64,000 bases of DNA from Geosiphon pyriformis uo1 (Eukaryota > Fungi > Glomeromycota): assembly GCA_016748015.1 (NCBI GenBank), contig JAAOMT010000295.1:1240001-1304000 (forward strand), read 5' to 3'. The translations under genes were made by a program, and so were the position numbers. How positions within the stretch are numbered: the first letter of the stretch is position 1; every line of letters begins with the position of its first letter. This document shows, one piece after another, positions 24,267-39,100 of the stretch. A model generated the notes under the pieces. The model searched no databases and had not been told where the DNA came from. It was given only the letters and a program-made list of their open reading frames with translations.

Positions 24267-24905
24267 TTAATATTGAGCTCCATCGAAATCTCCTAAATCT
24301 CTTAACTCTAATTCTCTGTTGTTAAGTATTTTATGAACTTCTTTTTTGAGAATTACTTGGGTTATTTTGTTTCGTAATTTTTCAAATTGGATGTTAATTA
24401 TTTTTCCCATTTGGTTAACTATGATAAAGTCTAATTCCGAATTAAATAATACTTTTGGTCTGTCTTGGAATCTCATATGTAGCCTATAGATGGCTCTTGC
24501 TTGTGTAGTCAAATTGTTCTTTCTCACAAATTGTTTCAGTTGTTGCAGTATTGTTGTGTCAAATAGTTATTTTGTTTTATCCATGTATAAGTTCTAAATA
24601 TTCAAGTATCATTTTAAGTGGAAATAACAAAAGTTTCTTGAAAATTCGTGTATCCACCATTTCCAAGTTTTTTTGGTCAACTTTTGATATATGATGACAT
24701 TTGTTGGTTCTTCTATTGCTATTTTTATTTTTGAAACTATTTTGTCAATGGTGTTTTCTGTTTTCTTTTGACTTTTGTATTTGGGTCTCTTTCTGGTATC
24801 TCAGTATCAAATGATTTGTTGATTGATGGTAATTTCTATATTCTGTTGTTGAATTAATTTGAAAAGTTGTTGTGCTAGTAAGTAAATATTGTCAGTGATT
24901 TTCAT
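24267..24905 (-). pseudogene. ORF3 of D
   Basis: ATG 24905 MKITDNIYLLAQQLFKL...TQARAIYRLH...DFDGAQY-TAA. Confidence 0.8.
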
Positions 24906-24965
24906 TTTTCTGAAGTCTTTTGTTGTGTTTATTATGTCTTTATATACTCCTTTTATTGTTTTATT

Positions 24966-26342
24966 TTACGTGTTTGGTCCAATAATTATGATTGGTTTCA
25001 GATCTTGTAGAATTTTATTTGGTTGGACTAGTATTCACTGTACTCTTAATTGTAGAATATTACTGGTAAATGGTAATATTATATGATAATATGGTTTTAG
25101 TCGATCACTATGTGCTGCTTTGGCTAAGATTTTGTTGTCTCATCTTAATTTATAAGCTCTATTTCTAAGAATTTCTTCTATGTGAAATGGTCTGTTCTAT
25201 TTGGGGTCAAATTTTTCATTTTATTGTTTTTCCACTTTAGTATAATGTAAAAGTATTTTGTCTTCAATCTTGAATTCAATTGGTTTATCTGGTAGTTAGT
25301 TATCATATCTTTTTTTTTGTTTTTCTTGTGACTTGTGAATGTTATTAACTGCTCTTCACCATTTGTTTTCCAGTGTTTCCATCAAATTATATGTTCTTCT
25401 TAGCAATGTTTCTTCAAAATTGTCTTTAATTATTGGTTCTGTTGGATAAGTGTTAACTTTTATCTCAACTGATAATGTTGCTGTTTTACTGTATATTAAT
25501 TTAAATAGTGTTGTTTGTGTAGTGTCCTGTTTCATTGTCCGATAAACAAATAATACTGATGGTATAAACAAGTCTCATTCATCCTGGTTTTTTTGGCTGA
25601 TTTTAGCAATAGCTTTACACAATATTCTGTTAAATCTTTCAACTAACCCATTTGTTTGTGGATGGTATGGTGATAATAATGGTCTTTTTATCCCAAATTT
25701 TTGACTTAATTCTGTTAATATTCTATTTACAAAGTGAGTTCCTTGATCCAATAACAATTCTTTTGAACATTTATGTTGACAGATTAAGTTTTGATGAACG
25801 AATTTAACAATGAATTCTGCATCTGCTCTTTAAATGGCTTTTGCTTCTGGCCATTTTGTGAGATAATCTATGACTACTGCAATATATCTGTTGCCTCTGC
25901 TGGTAATTGTTAATAGTCCAACTAAGTCAATTCCAATGTAATCAAATCGTTGTCCCATTTTGATTGGTCTCAATGGTTTACTGGGTCTTGTTCCTCTTTT
26001 TTTCTAACAAGCATTACAATTTTGCACATATTAAATGATGTCTAAATACATTGATGGCCAATAATATTTTTTTCTGGTTCTTTCCATGGTTGCTTCTTTA
26101 TAAAAATGTCCTGTTGTTAGATTTGAGTGCATGTTGAATAATATTGTCTCCTTCTCTGGTTTTGTAATTATTCTGGTTGGTTGATCTGAATTTCTTCTGT
26201 TCTTCTGATAAAGTATATTCTAATGGTTAATAAAATATTTTAATTGTTGTTTTATGTTCCTTTGTTTCCGTTGAGATAATTTTTCTTTAAACAATTGGGT
26301 ATTTATATAATATTGGAGTTGTTGGTATTTTTGTATATTTAT
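24966..26342 (-). pseudogene. Integrase ORF of D
   Basis: LDQGTHF; YHPQTNGLVERFN; colinear with A 7010-8386; preceded by RNase H stop at 26373-26375. Confidence 0.9.
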
Positions 26343-26372
26343 TTTTTGTTATATTTTTGAGTTAAAATGTTT

Positions 26373-29300
26373 TTAAATTTATCTCATTCATGACAATCTG
26401 TTGGCATTTCTATTTTTTTTTCCTTTTTTATAATATATTGTATAATTAAATGGTAAAAGTTCTATTTTCCATCTGGCATAGTAATTGTCTGCAAATTTTT
26501 GTTTCTGGATTGAAGTTAATTCTTTGTGATCAGTGTACACATCAAACTTTTGACTCAAGTATTTTTTCCATTTAATGACTGCTCAATGTATTGCTAAGTG
26601 TTCTAATGCTGCTGTTCCATAGTTTTTTTCTGTTGAACTTAAGCTTCTACTAGTGTATACTACTGGATATTCTTTTCCATCTGGTTTTCTCTGCAATAAT
26701 ACTGTTCCCAATGTTTGTCCAGATGCATTGGTTGTAATTATAAATGGTTTGCTGTAATCTGGATAAATCAGTACTGGGGCTTGAATAAGCTTTTTTCTTA
26801 ACATGTCAAAAGCTTTTTGTTGAGTTTCAGTCCATTCATATTTGATGTTCTTTATTTGGAGTTGGTGTAGTGGTTGAGCTATTTTGGAAAAGTTCTTGAT
26901 AAAGTGGTGGTAGTATTCAGCAAATTCCAAGAATGCTCTCAATTCTGTAAAATTATTTGGTACTGAAAAGTTCTTAACAATCTTAATTTTGTTTGGATCT
27001 GTTTTGATTCCATCTTTGCTTACAACATGTCCCAAAAACTTGAGTTCAGTTTTTTCAAAGAAACATTTAATTGCATTTAGCTTTAATCTGGCTCTTTTTA
27101 GTCTTTTAAACACTTGTTGGAGATAATGCAAATGATCATCAAATGTTTTTGAGAACACATTGGTGTTATTTAAGTATATAATTACTGATTTCCATAGTAA
27201 TTCAATGTAAACAATTTTTATAAGTCACTGGAAAGTGGCTGGGGCATTCATCAAGCCAAATGGCATTACTTCAAATTCAAAGTTTTTTTTCTGAGTTGTA
27301 AAAGCTGTTTTTTTTTTGTCTTCTGATTTTATAGCTACTTGCCAATAACCACTGTTTAAGTCTAAAGTTGAAAACCATCTCATTCCTCCAAAAGCATCAA
27401 AAAGTTCTTGGATCTTTGGAGTTGAGTAGCTGTCTCTTTTTGTTATTCTATTTAGTTTCTGGTAATTCACACAAAAGCGGATTTTTCTATTCTTCTTATG
27501 GACTAATACTACTGGTGATGACTATGGACTCATTGATGGCTGAATTAGCCCATTGTTAAGCATCTGATTGACTTCTTAATAAATAATTTTATGGCTAGTT
27601 GATGATACTCTATATGCTCTCTGTTTAATTGGCATTGTATCTTCAGTCTTAATTTGATGTTGGATCACATCCGTTTTGCCAAATTCATTTTTGCTTGCAA
27701 AGATGTTACTGAAGTTATTAAGTAACATCTTAAGTTGCATTTGTTGTAGTGGGTCTAAGTTTCTCAAGTTCATCTGTTCCAATTGTTCTGGTTGGAGCAT
27801 ATAATATTCTTCTCATTCATAGATTGTTTGTAATGTAATATCCACATATTCACATAATTGTGAAAAGTCTGGAATGAAGTTTGGTTATTGTTCTTTAATT
27901 TCAGTGGTTAGATATCTAATGGTGGTTCTTTTTGGTATTTTTATGATGTTTTTGGTGTTGTTATAAATAAGAATTTTAATGTAACCATAATTTTTGGCTG
28001 GTATGTGTAGATTAATTAATCCAATTTTTCCTGATTCACAAAGTTGTGCTTCTGCCTTAAACATTTGAATCTGATCCTTCACTTTTCTCTCTATAGTTAC
28101 CATGTATTGGTCATATAATAAAATAGAAATTGGTTAACAGATGAAGATAATTTCTCCCTTGTCAATAATTTCTTCTTTTGCCATATTAACTGGTACATTT
28201 ATTCTACTTGTTGATCCAAATCTTTGTATTCCTTTAGCTGTAATCTCTAATTCTTCTCTGTTTCCCACTGATACTAATTGAGCTACTTTCACCAGAGGCA
28301 GAAATATTGCCTGTGCTATCTTTTTGTTTGGTTCTATGACATAGGCTTTTTCTGAATCATTTTATAGCATTGCAATAATATTTCTTACATATCCTGCATC
28401 AATTATTCCTCCTTTGATATTGATTCCTTTTTTCACTAAGCTACTCCTAAATGCTAGTTGAACCATTATTGTTGCTGGAATTTCTAATGCTACTTTGAGA
28501 TCAATGCATGTATGCAAATGTGGTTCTAATTTAATGACATCCTTTCCTAGATATTTTAGATCAAACCTGGCATCAGTATTATGTGCACATTCTGGCATGA
28601 TATCTTCATTGTTATCACTGAACCATTTAAGTTTCTGCTCCTTAGAGAAGTCAGGAAGCACGATGTAAATTTCAGGGTTTGAATCAGAGTTTAAATTATT
28701 GTCATTTTTGTTACCATTTTGGGCAAAGCTGGAATTGCTGTTTTTGTTATTATTATTATCAAAGTTTGAATCAGAATTGAAAATTGATTCCAATTCTAAT
28801 GTGCAGCTGCTGATTGGTTCTTCCTCTTCTGGGATTGCGTAAATCATATGTGTTGATAGATTGTAAATGAAATTATACTCATTACAATATTAAAAGATTT
28901 ATACGATCAAACAGTGATCACATAGTTTTGTGTTTATTTCCTCCAACCATTGCTTTTGTTCTTCTCTAGTGGGTGCTAATTTTTGATAGTGTTCATGAAA
29001 TTGTTTTGGATCTAGTAGATTTATGACTGGCTTTGGGTCCCAGTTAAGTTCTAAAGGTTCTGGTGGATTATTTTTTATTTTTTTTATATCTTCTGATGAC
29101 ACTTCTTTGATTTTGGCAAGAGCCATTCACCAAATTTTGTTGTCATTATGTAGACATCTGTTTAAGTGTTTGACTGCTTGTTTTTAGGCAGCATCTATGG
29201 GCATTCCCTTTCTAATCCAGTTGCTTATGAGAATCATGTACTGACACAATTTGTCACACATTCCTTCTTGTCCAGAAATGTTATTCCATATTTCTTCATC

Positions 29301-32300
29301 TAGAAAAGTTTCTCCACAAGCCAAGCAGTATTTGTTATCTCATTTTTCTACTCGTTTCAGTCTTCCAAAACGTTCTATAACACATGGGCAACAGTAGAAC
29401 TTGGTTGCTGTTTGGTATTCCTCATTGTTGCCATAGCATGCGCTTATTGATGACAATTTCTTGCTGCAATTGACACATATAAGCTTTGGTCAATAGTAGA
29501 TAAATAGTGGTGGTGGTGGTGGTACATATGTATAAGAGTGATAAGTGGTGGTGTTGGTTGATATTGGTTCTTCCTTCTTTTCCTTACTTTTTCCTTTTGT
29601 ACTTTCTTATTCTCACTTTATTAGATCTTTTTGGTTGTCATCAGTTTTTCAGGTTTGGTTAGAATTCCAGGTAGGTTCTTTTTTGTTCTTTCCTTTTCCA
29701 TTATTGTCTTCCGAAAGTACTAGTGGTAACTTATTGTGGTCTTTGTCTGCTCACAAGACTTGGTACACTTCCCAGATAGGTTTCTTTTCTTCTTCTTTGA
29801 AGTCAATGAGTGGTGCTGGCAGAGTGGTATTCTTAAAGTGGCTACATATAGCTGGTACATATGTATGTTGACCATCTTGGCTAAGTTGTAGTTCCTGCAT
29901 AGTCCAGTCGAGTGTCGTGTTGGTTTTGGACAGCCAATTATTACTAATAAGTGCTTGGTACTAGATTGCTTTCATCATAAGAACTTTGATAGATATGATA
30001 ATGTCATTGATTTCAATAGGTAAGTCATCTATCTTGCTAATCAAAGTTTTGGTTGCTTCATTAGCTGTTATGATTCTGGCACTGGCAGCTCAATCAACTT
30101 GGTAACCTAATTGGTTCATGAGTTGTCTTGTGATGATACTGCCAGCTGATTTACTGTCTAGAATCAGTTTGATAAGATGGCCATCAACTTTGACATTGGT
30201 GTACATGGCGGTGATAAATTTTTTCTCAAGAGCAGCTCTGCTAAATAGTGGTGTGATTGACAGTTCCTTGAGTTCAAATAAAAAGATGGCATCCAGTGAT
30301 TTGTTCTTGGTGATGATAGCTGGTGGAATGTTGTTGGTAAGTGTTGATTGTTGGTTGGTTTTCAGATTATTGGTTTGGGCGTCTTCTGGAGTAACCAGGA
30401 GACTTAAATAGTTCTGGGAATTCAAGTTTTGGATGTATCTGGTGTCTGAATTCCATTGTCATAATCCAGATGGTTGCATGGAAGAACTGGGGATTGGTTG
30501 ATGGACTAATATTGACAATCTCCAGCTTTGTTGTGTCAGTCTTGGCCTTTGAGTTCTATTTTGAGATAAGTTTTGTGACAGTGTTTGAATTTGTTGGAGT
30601 TGATAGATTACTTGGAGCTGTGGTTAATAGATGAGTTGGGACTACAGTTAATAAATGACGGGTATTGAGAGCTGATAAATTGGTGGTTAATATATTGGTT
30701 GTTACATCATAGGTAGGTAATTTGAGTAATATAGGGCTAAACTGGGTTGATAATTCGAAGCTTGAAACCGGCAATTAGGGTTTTGATATTGATTTTCCAA
30801 TTGTGAGTTATTACTATAAAATTAGCAGTTAGCTTTAATGTGGCCTTGTTTACCACAGTTATGGCAGACACATGTCTCTTGTTGCTATAGCTGATTTGAA
30901 GATAATAATAGATGTGACTGATTTTGGAAATAATTTATGTTTCCTGAATTATTGTGTCATTGTAATGGTTGATAAATTGCATGATTATCAGCTAAGTATC
31001 CTTCCAATTTCTGATTAATTGAATCACTGAGTTGTTTTAATTTGGAATCCAAGTTAGATGATCCATTTATGACTAGGTTAACAGCTTGGGCATAATTTGT
31101 TTTAAGTTCTGTTAATTCAAAATCTCTCATATTAATGACTGTGTTTTGGAGAGTTTGTGGATGCATTGGGCATACATGTTGGAGAAAACTACTGTGCAGT
31201 CCATGGATGAACTGGTTTAGAATCTATGATGCTGTAAAATAATCAGCCTAAATTGCTTGAATTTGGCACAAGTTCTTGTAGAAACATCTCAAGTAAGTGG
31301 TAACTGCTTCAGTTTCTCCTTGTTTGATTGTAGTGAAGGCATTGGCTAGGCAATTAATACTGTTATTATTACTGAAATATCTCAAGAATGCAATTTTAAA
31401 TTCCTGAAACATTTGAGGTTTAATGGATAAACTCTGATACCACGAGTTGGTGGTATCCTATAGGAAATAGGAAATTGCTTGAAGAGCTTTATTATTGTTT
31501 CATCTATTGGTTGTGATGGCTTTTTCCACATTGTTGAACCATACTTGAGTGTCATCCTCTTCGCTAATAAATTTTTTTATTTTGGCAATTAAAGTATAGG
31601 CCATTGATTGCTGTGGTGGTTGCTGCTGGATTTGTTGTTGGGGTAGCAGTTGTGGCTGTTGTTGTTGTTCAGCAATTGGTGGGATGGGTGGTGAATTGAT
31701 CTCAATTATTGGAGGTAAGTTTTGTTGATTAATTACATTGGAATTTCAATCATTTTGATTTTCCAGAGTTCAATTAACTGGAGTTTTAATTTCTGGATTT
31801 TCTAAGATCAGGTTTTGTTTGCTAGTTTCTTGATCACTACTCTCCTCTTCTTTGGAGTCAGTTATTTCCCAAGAATTAACAGCTCCAAAATCTGGTTGTG
31901 GTGGTGGTGATCAAATTCCTGATAACATTAAAGATTGTGATTTAAATCCCTTGAAATAATTGCCATATGTTCCTAATAACTTTGCTTTCTTTTGTTTACT
32001 TTGGAATGGGACTCTGTTTAGTGGTGTTGTCATGCTTACTGTAGTTGTGCTTATTATATTGATAGTGTTTCCAGGTGTGTGGTGATATAATGGATTAGCA
32101 GGTAAATCAAATCTTTGTTTCTTCCAAATGGGTAGTTGGATTTGCTTTGGTGTTCCTACTAGTGTTTGTAATCTTTCTTTTCTTTTGTTGGCAAAAGTGA
32201 TAGAGAATCTTTGTTTGGTGTATTTTTCAATTTCTCTGTTTATTTCTGTAATTAGGGGTGCAAATAGGTAATTTTGTGAAAGGATAGTGCTTTGGAGCAA

Positions 32301-32546
32301 TTCACTGAAGAAGTTGTTAAAGGTGAAGTCTGGATCTCCTTAGCCTCCTAAATAGTATATAATTTTTTTGTTGATGTAGCAATTGAAAACTGATTCTGTT
32401 GGCCAACTATTATTTGTTAATCTAAGATGGGTGTAATAATATTGAAATAAGGATTTTGCAAATCCTAAATGGTATGTTTCTATTTTTTCGGATTCTGTCA
32501 CTGTTTGGATGGGGTTGTTGGTGCTGGTTCTCTGTAAGATTATACC
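26373..32546 (-). pseudogene. ORF1 of D (extension-Gag-PR-Cys-rich-dUTPase-RT-RH)
   Basis: Track ORFs starting 32300, 31166, 30425, 29126, 28847, 28103, 27800, 27470 and 27158 share one frame. Confidence 0.92.
28203..28598 (-). pseudogene. dut: dUTPase domain of D
   Basis: ARFDL, FRSSL, GGIIDAGY, KIAQ, GIQRFGSTS. Confidence 0.9.
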
Positions 32547-32563
32547 TTACAGAGAGCACTAAA

Positions 32564-33383
32564 TGTTATAAGTGATTATTTGGAGTCTCCAGTCAAATAA
32601 TAAACTCATAACTTGGTGCTTGATTAGTATCTCTGATGTTGATATTTGAAGGTTTTGGTGTAAAGTTCTTTGTATAATGGACAGAGATTTAATAGTGATG
32701 TTGTCCATAGCTTCTTAAAACTGCAGTTTCGTTAATTTTTTTCTCAGTGTAATGGCTGGTATTCCTCTTGGTAAGCTATCTTCAATTGAGTGTTCTATCC
32801 TTATTTCTGAGTTTTTTACCAGTCCTCTTAATGTCAGTACTTTGCACATTATTTTCTTTAATCAATTAGTACATAACAATAAAAACCAAAGAAAAAAAAT
32901 AAAGAAATAAGCCAAGACAATTTGCAAGTTAGTGTTTCATCAATAGCTGTGATTAAGAGCTATTGTTCTAGTGTGGTTAAGTATTAATTGTTATCAACAT
33001 GAAATGTTGATAATAGAGAGTGGATTTTGAGATATTGAATAATTATTTATTGATATTTGGAATGTGAATGGTTTCTTAAATTTAACTCTAAATAGAGAAG
33101 TCTGTTTTTTCTACTTCTAACACTACTGCTATATATACATAAATGAGATTTTTTAATTCCTCAATTCTTCACACCAGAAACCTTGGAATTCCTGAAATTC
33201 TGCAATTTTTTTTGAGAAGAATCCTGAAATTCTGGAATCCTGCGATTTCTTGTACAAGAATTCTGAAATTCCTGGAATCCTGCAATTCCTCTTGAGAGAA
33301 ATCCTGAAATTCCACATTTATTATGGCTACTTTTAATTGGCTAATTTATATGCTAATATACTTCCTATATTTTATGAGTAATA
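32564..33383 (-). repeat. 5' LTR of D
   Basis: Adjacent PBS-hairpin at 32519-32563; repeat of 23421-24253. Confidence 0.95.
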
Positions 33384-33387
33384 GTAT

Positions 33388-34118
33388 CTTACAGATATTT
33401 GGGAATTTTTTTTTCAACAAAAGGCTTGTCTAAGCCAAGTTTAACTAAGATGTATTTAGATGTTAAGTTTTTTTTTAACATAATTTTAAAGAAAATTTTG
33501 TCAAATAAACAGTTTTATTATTTAATTTTGGCTGTAATACAACCAATTGTTAGCTATAAAATACAGTTTAGTTTTATTTTAAAAAGTATATATTGTAAAT
33601 AGAATGCTTTAATATAAAGAAAACTCAAAACCAAGGCTAATTTGCCAAAAAACTTCTTCAATAAATTTTTATATCATCTTTTTTTATATAAACTAAAGTT
33701 ATTTAAACAATTACAAGCCAAAAACAAGACAACATTGACTATAGTTTTTTCTAATGTTATTAGTATTCTTGGCAGATTGTTTGAGTATTGCTTTTTAGAT
33801 TTACAAGTTTTGAAATAGGTGTCTTTGAATTCTTTACAGTTTTTAATAAAACTAAGAGTTAGTTCAATAAACAATTTTTTTGTAAGTCTAGTAAAAATTT
33901 TTTGGACAATAGAATTTTCTTAAGTAACAACCTATTAGGTGTTTTTTGATATGCTAATAAATTTCCAATGTCAACAATTCTGGGAGCTTCTCATTATTAT
34001 AATATGGTTAATTTATTAAAATACTTTAACATAGTCTTTAATAATAGGTTTTTGAACAGACATAAGACAATTATAAATTGAAAAACATTTTACCATTAGA
34101 AAAAATTAGATTTAAGAA
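33388..34118 (+). mobile_element. LINE L-a segment 3
   Basis: Removing D rejoins IACKC-VPYRYLGIFFSTKG in frame (L-b: IAKKGNSHQYLGIFLSTEG). Confidence 0.85.
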
Positions 34119-34260
34119 ATAATCATAGACAAAAATTTTTTCTCTTGTCAATCCTTTGGCCACAATGAAAGCAAAGACTTTATCGAAAAAATAATTTCTT
34201 CTTTTTATTCCTACCCTATTTCTCACAGTTATTTCTCTCTCCACTAATCTGTTTATTACT

Positions 34261-36171
34261 ATGGAATTGGCTGGCATTTCTACTGGTGGTTCTGGTTCTG
34301 GCTTGACTAGGTTGGAGTTCTAGTTTGGTAATAAGAAGAAAGCATGGGTCAAGAGTGTTTACTCCCGCAGTTCATCATATAAGAAAACTAAGAAATCTAA
34401 TATTGCTGTTAGTATTGTGGATTTGTTAGCTGGTCTTCTGTTTACTGCTTTGTTATATTCGGATGATAACAACCATAAGGTATCTTGGAGAAGTGAAGTC
34501 GAAAATGATGAATCTAGTATAAGTAAAGTGTCAGACATTGAAAACTTGAAGAACATAATAGCTGAGAAGACAAGTTACATCAACTCCAATACTTCTGAGA
34601 CTGACAACATGATGGATAATACTACTCCAAGGAAAATGTAAACTAAGACTTATGTCTTAAGGCAACTGCAAAAAATGTCTTTTCTCTATGTTCTGAGTAA
34701 CAATAATACTAAGTTGGTACTTTCAGCACTTAAGTTTATTAGAACCAATCGACTGCTATCTGCTGAGTCACATATTATAGAGAAATAGAATTTTGAACCA
34801 GTGAAATTATTTGCTTTAGACATTGAACTTTTAGCAGTACCTAGAAAAACTAATAGTGACAAATTAATTTTTATCAAAAAAATTTTTTATTGAATTGATG
34901 GTTTTGGGAGGGCCTCCACTTTCTCAAAATTTTTTGAACTTATTAGATCTTCATTTACTTTTGAGATGAGTTTGAAAAAGGCAAAAGAATTGGTGATCAG
35001 TAAAAAAATTTTAGTTAATAATGATGTTAAGCAGGTAAACAAACATTTGGATCGAGTAATTGTTGTCAAGAAGATTCCAGTTGATCTTTCCAAATCGGCT
35101 GTAGAATCTGTTTTTTCCAAGTTTGGCAAGATTGTATCAATCAAGATACAACTGTTTGGCCTATGACAAAAGACTTTGGTAGAGTTTGAGTTATCTAAGA
35201 CAGCTGATTTGGTCGCAGCTAAATGGTCTGTTCTCATGAGAAAAAACTTTGTTTGTGTGGTAAAGACAGTTGATGACAAACAAACATGAATATTAAGAGA
35301 TTAACATTAGGCATTGCTATATACATTACCTGTTGACACCACTGCTTATAACTTTTCTAGTTTGTTGGCATCCTATGATAGAAAAACTTATTCTATTGAT
35401 CATAATCTGGCAACATATGTTTGTGATCAGTGTGCTGTGATTTTATTCAGTGATGAGGCATCCAAATTGGCAGTCATTGGTTCTCTGCCTGTTTTTAAGG
35501 ATGTGAATTTGTGCTGGGCTAGTCTTTTTCTGGTCTGTTGTACTAAATGTAAACAATTTGGTCATATTTCTGATTTTTGTTTATTAGATGGGCTTTTTGG
35601 CATTTGTGGAAAACGGATAATGACTCCTTAGGATCAGGTCTGTTTGGCCAATATATATAAGAAAAAACAGGCACCTATTGCTTATCCAGTTTCTTTTGGT
35701 AGTCTCTTTTGGGCAAAGATTGTTGGTGAATTTTCTTTTCCTTCTCTCTCTAATCAAAATGTTTTGGCAAATATTAGCTCCTCTTCAGAAATGAAGCCAT
35801 CCCTATCAGTTGTAAATGGAATTAATGATAAGTTTACCACTCTTGAGCGCAGTTTTGCCAGCCTTGCAAAGCAAGTAGATAAGCTGGCTAAGAAGTTGGA
35901 TGTACTTGGGCCAATAGTTTTCTAGTCTAGCTCTGGATGTTAGCCATTGGTGACCCTTTCATTACAAAATCAAAGGATGGATATAGTAATGAGTGAGAGT
36001 TTAGGTGCATTTACTAGTGATGAGACTGTTGTGGGAGCAGTGCCATTCAATAAGTCTTTGGTGTTTAAGCTAAAAGACAGCATGAAATGTCTAATAGAAA
36101 CAGTTCTGGGCTTTTCAACCAAAGTAGACAGTCTTAGTACAGACTCAGTTTTACAACCTCCTCCTCAATAA
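34261..36171 (+). pseudogene. LINE L-b ORF1 (RRM-like region, CCHC knuckle, coiled coil)
   Basis: ATG 34261; IVVKKIPVDLSKSAVESVFSKFGKIVSI (RRM-like); CTKCKQFGHISDFC; heptad-like LERSFASLAKQVDKLAKKL; single frame with stops. Confidence 0.88.
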
Positions 36172-39100
36172 GTGATTTTGTTTGGAAAGTTGCTATCTAT
36201 AACATTAGGGAGATAAACAATCCTACAAAACAGGATGATATCATTCACTAGCATAAGAATATGAACAATTTGATCTCTATTGTTACTGAAACTAAGTTGA
36301 AAAATAAGGTTTATCCGTGGATCATAAATAAGTTTAATAGTGTCTGAGTTTTTACTTCTGGTTTGGATTCTGATCATATGGGCTCTGGTGTTACAATTAT
36401 CATGAACATTTCTTTGGCATAACATGTGTGCAAAGTTTTTGAGGTATCTGGTTAGCTTCTGTCTGTTAAGCTGCTTTTCAAAAATAAACTTTTTATGTCA
36501 ATTTTGGGGCTCTACGCTGGTGTTTTTTCAGTGGTTCAGTTCTCTTAGGCTGGTGAAATCAACTCTTTTATTGCAAAAGCTGCAAATGAATTTTTTTTCA
36601 TCATTCTTGGTGGAGATTTCAACAAAGACAGTTTGTGTAAATATGCTAGTTTTAAAAAATGTCTAAATCTGGGATTGGTCAATTCTCTGCTTGGTAGTTT
36701 GGTAGTAAAGAATCTCACATAGAAAAATTCAAGAGATGTAAAAAAGACAATTGATTACATATTGGTTTCTTCTAATTTGGTCAATACAGTTCTGAAACAC
36801 AATGTTATGAATGTTAGTGAACACTTTAACACTAATTATTGGGCCATTTTTGTGTTGGTGGATCTGGGTGGTTTGCTGGATGTTCAGTTAAACTCTCTTT
36901 ATAAACAGACTAATAAGAATTATTGGAAGTTTGATTTCAAGGGTGCTAATGACAATAAGTGAGAAAATTTTAAAAATGCTACATCAGCCAATGCTGAGAT
37001 GTTCTCCAATAAGTTCACTGCTACTGTCAAGCTCTCAAATCTGGATGCCATGTAGAATGTTTTACATAAAATAATGACTCTCTCAGCATGTAAGATATTT
37101 AGAAATAAATGGTTTAAGGATTTTAATAGTGTTTTTACCAAAGTTTCTTCAAGGTTTCATAAGTTGAAGCTTTTGGTTTCAAAAATTGTCAAGGCCTCTT
37201 GTGAAAAAAATGTTGTTAATTTTGTCTTCTTTATAAAGTGTTGAGACTTTTTGAACAGTATCAAGGCCTCAGTTATTCAAGATCTCATTAACTCTAATGC
37301 AATCTCTAATCATGTTCATTTTGCTTTCTCTGGTATAAAGAAGTTGTATCATGCATCCAAGCTTGCTGAATCTCTGATGGCTAAGGAAGCAAACATTAGA
37401 GCTGCTATACAAAAGAGAATGGAAAGCTTTGAGATGAATAAAGATTATACTATTAGGAGTGTTCTAGAGCATCCTTTCCACAAAGTGGTTCTGGACCACC
37501 TGGTTGTTGATGATAAACTTATTTTGGAGCCTAATTCAATCAAGTCTAAGGTAGACATTATTATAGAAGATTGAACCCAAAAGCATTAGACAGTTCCTGA
37601 TGTTTCTAGTAATTGGTGTCATCAGTATCAGCCTTTGGAATATGTTTTTGATGAAGTGTTTTCTGGTGTAATGTATTCAATTGATTTTGATGAATTTTTT
37701 GGGGTGGTTTCTAATCTGCCTGATAGCAAAGCTGCTGGTCTCTTAAATATCTTGAATAAGCTTTGGAAACATTATGATAAGTCTGTTCTGGACATGCTCT
37801 TGGTGCTTTTGAATTGTTGTTTGTCTTTTGAATCTGTTCCCAGTCCTTGGAAAGAAGCTTGGATCTTAATGATTCTTAAGCTGTATGAATGGAAGGGTGT
37901 TTTAACAAATACTTGCCCTATTACATTAATTGAAATGGCTTGCAAGATTCTTTCCAAGATTCTCTCTAATAAGATTTCCTTAGTTTGCAGCACTTTTGAT
38001 GTTCTTCATGGAGACAATTTTTTGGTTTTGAAGAGAACAATGACTCAGTTTCTTATTTTTGCAATTGAATTGGTTATTAAAAATGCATTGGAGAAAAACC
38101 AGGAGCTCTGGCTAGTTTTGCAAAACATGCAGAAAGCATACAATTCAGTTGGCTGGGATTATCTTGAGAAAAGTTTTGTCAGAATTAAAATATGTGACAG
38201 ATTCATTCAATTTTTTGAAAATATTTATAGGGATCATACCAACCGAGTCATGATGGATTTTGGTTTGAGAGATAGTTATCATGTGCATGATAGTTTGGAC
38301 CAAGGAGAGGTTTTTTTCCTTCTTCTGTAGCGTGTGTTTTATGATCCTCTTTTGTGTGAAATCAAGTGTCAGAAGAGTGTATGTGAGTATAAGATCAATT
38401 CTCATTTTATTTCCAGAAGTGGTTGTGCTGAATCTTAGGCTGGATTTTTTTTCTTTTTTACTGCTGGCACTTTTGTTGATGATACAATCTGAGTTGGTAG
38501 CAGTCAGAATGCTACTCAACACATTCTTGACATTGTTAGTGAATTTTTTTGGATCAATAATATTTCTATTAATAATGAAAAAACAGTGACTATTCCCATT
38601 AATAATAGAATTAATGATCTTTCTCTTTTTATTAGTGGTCTGCTCATTACTATTGCCAAAAAGGGGAATTCTCATCAGTATTTGGGTATTTTTCTTTCAA
38701 CTGAGGGTTTTTTAAAGTCTAGTTTGGCTAAAATACATTCAGATGTTCAATTTTTCATCAATCTGGTTCTAAGAAAGGCTGTGTTAGATAAGCAGTTCTT
38801 ATATTTAGTGTTAGCAGTTCTTTACCCTATTGTTAGCTACAAAACACAGTTTAGCTTTGTTCCTGTTAGTGTGTACAACAAATAGGATGCTCTAATTCAT
38901 AAGGGCTTGAAACTTAAGTCTGGTTTGCCACTCAACTTTCCTGGTAATACTATTTACCACTCTTTCTTTTATGGTTTGAAATTTTTTTTGCAAATTCAAT
39001 CTAAGAGTAAGATTGCTTTATTTGTTAGCTTTGTGAATTCTGGTGGGATTCTGGGTCACTTGTTTTCTCATCAGTTTCATAACCTACAAGTTTGGTGTTG

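Larger units (their letters stand above)
23421..33383 (-). mobile_element. Ty3/Gypsy LTR retrotransposon D (A family, dUTPase-bearing), full-length degenerate, TSD GTAC/GTAT
   Basis: LTRs 23421-24253 and 32564-33383; GTAC at 23417-23420 and GTAT at 33384-33387; colinear with A. Confidence 0.96.
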
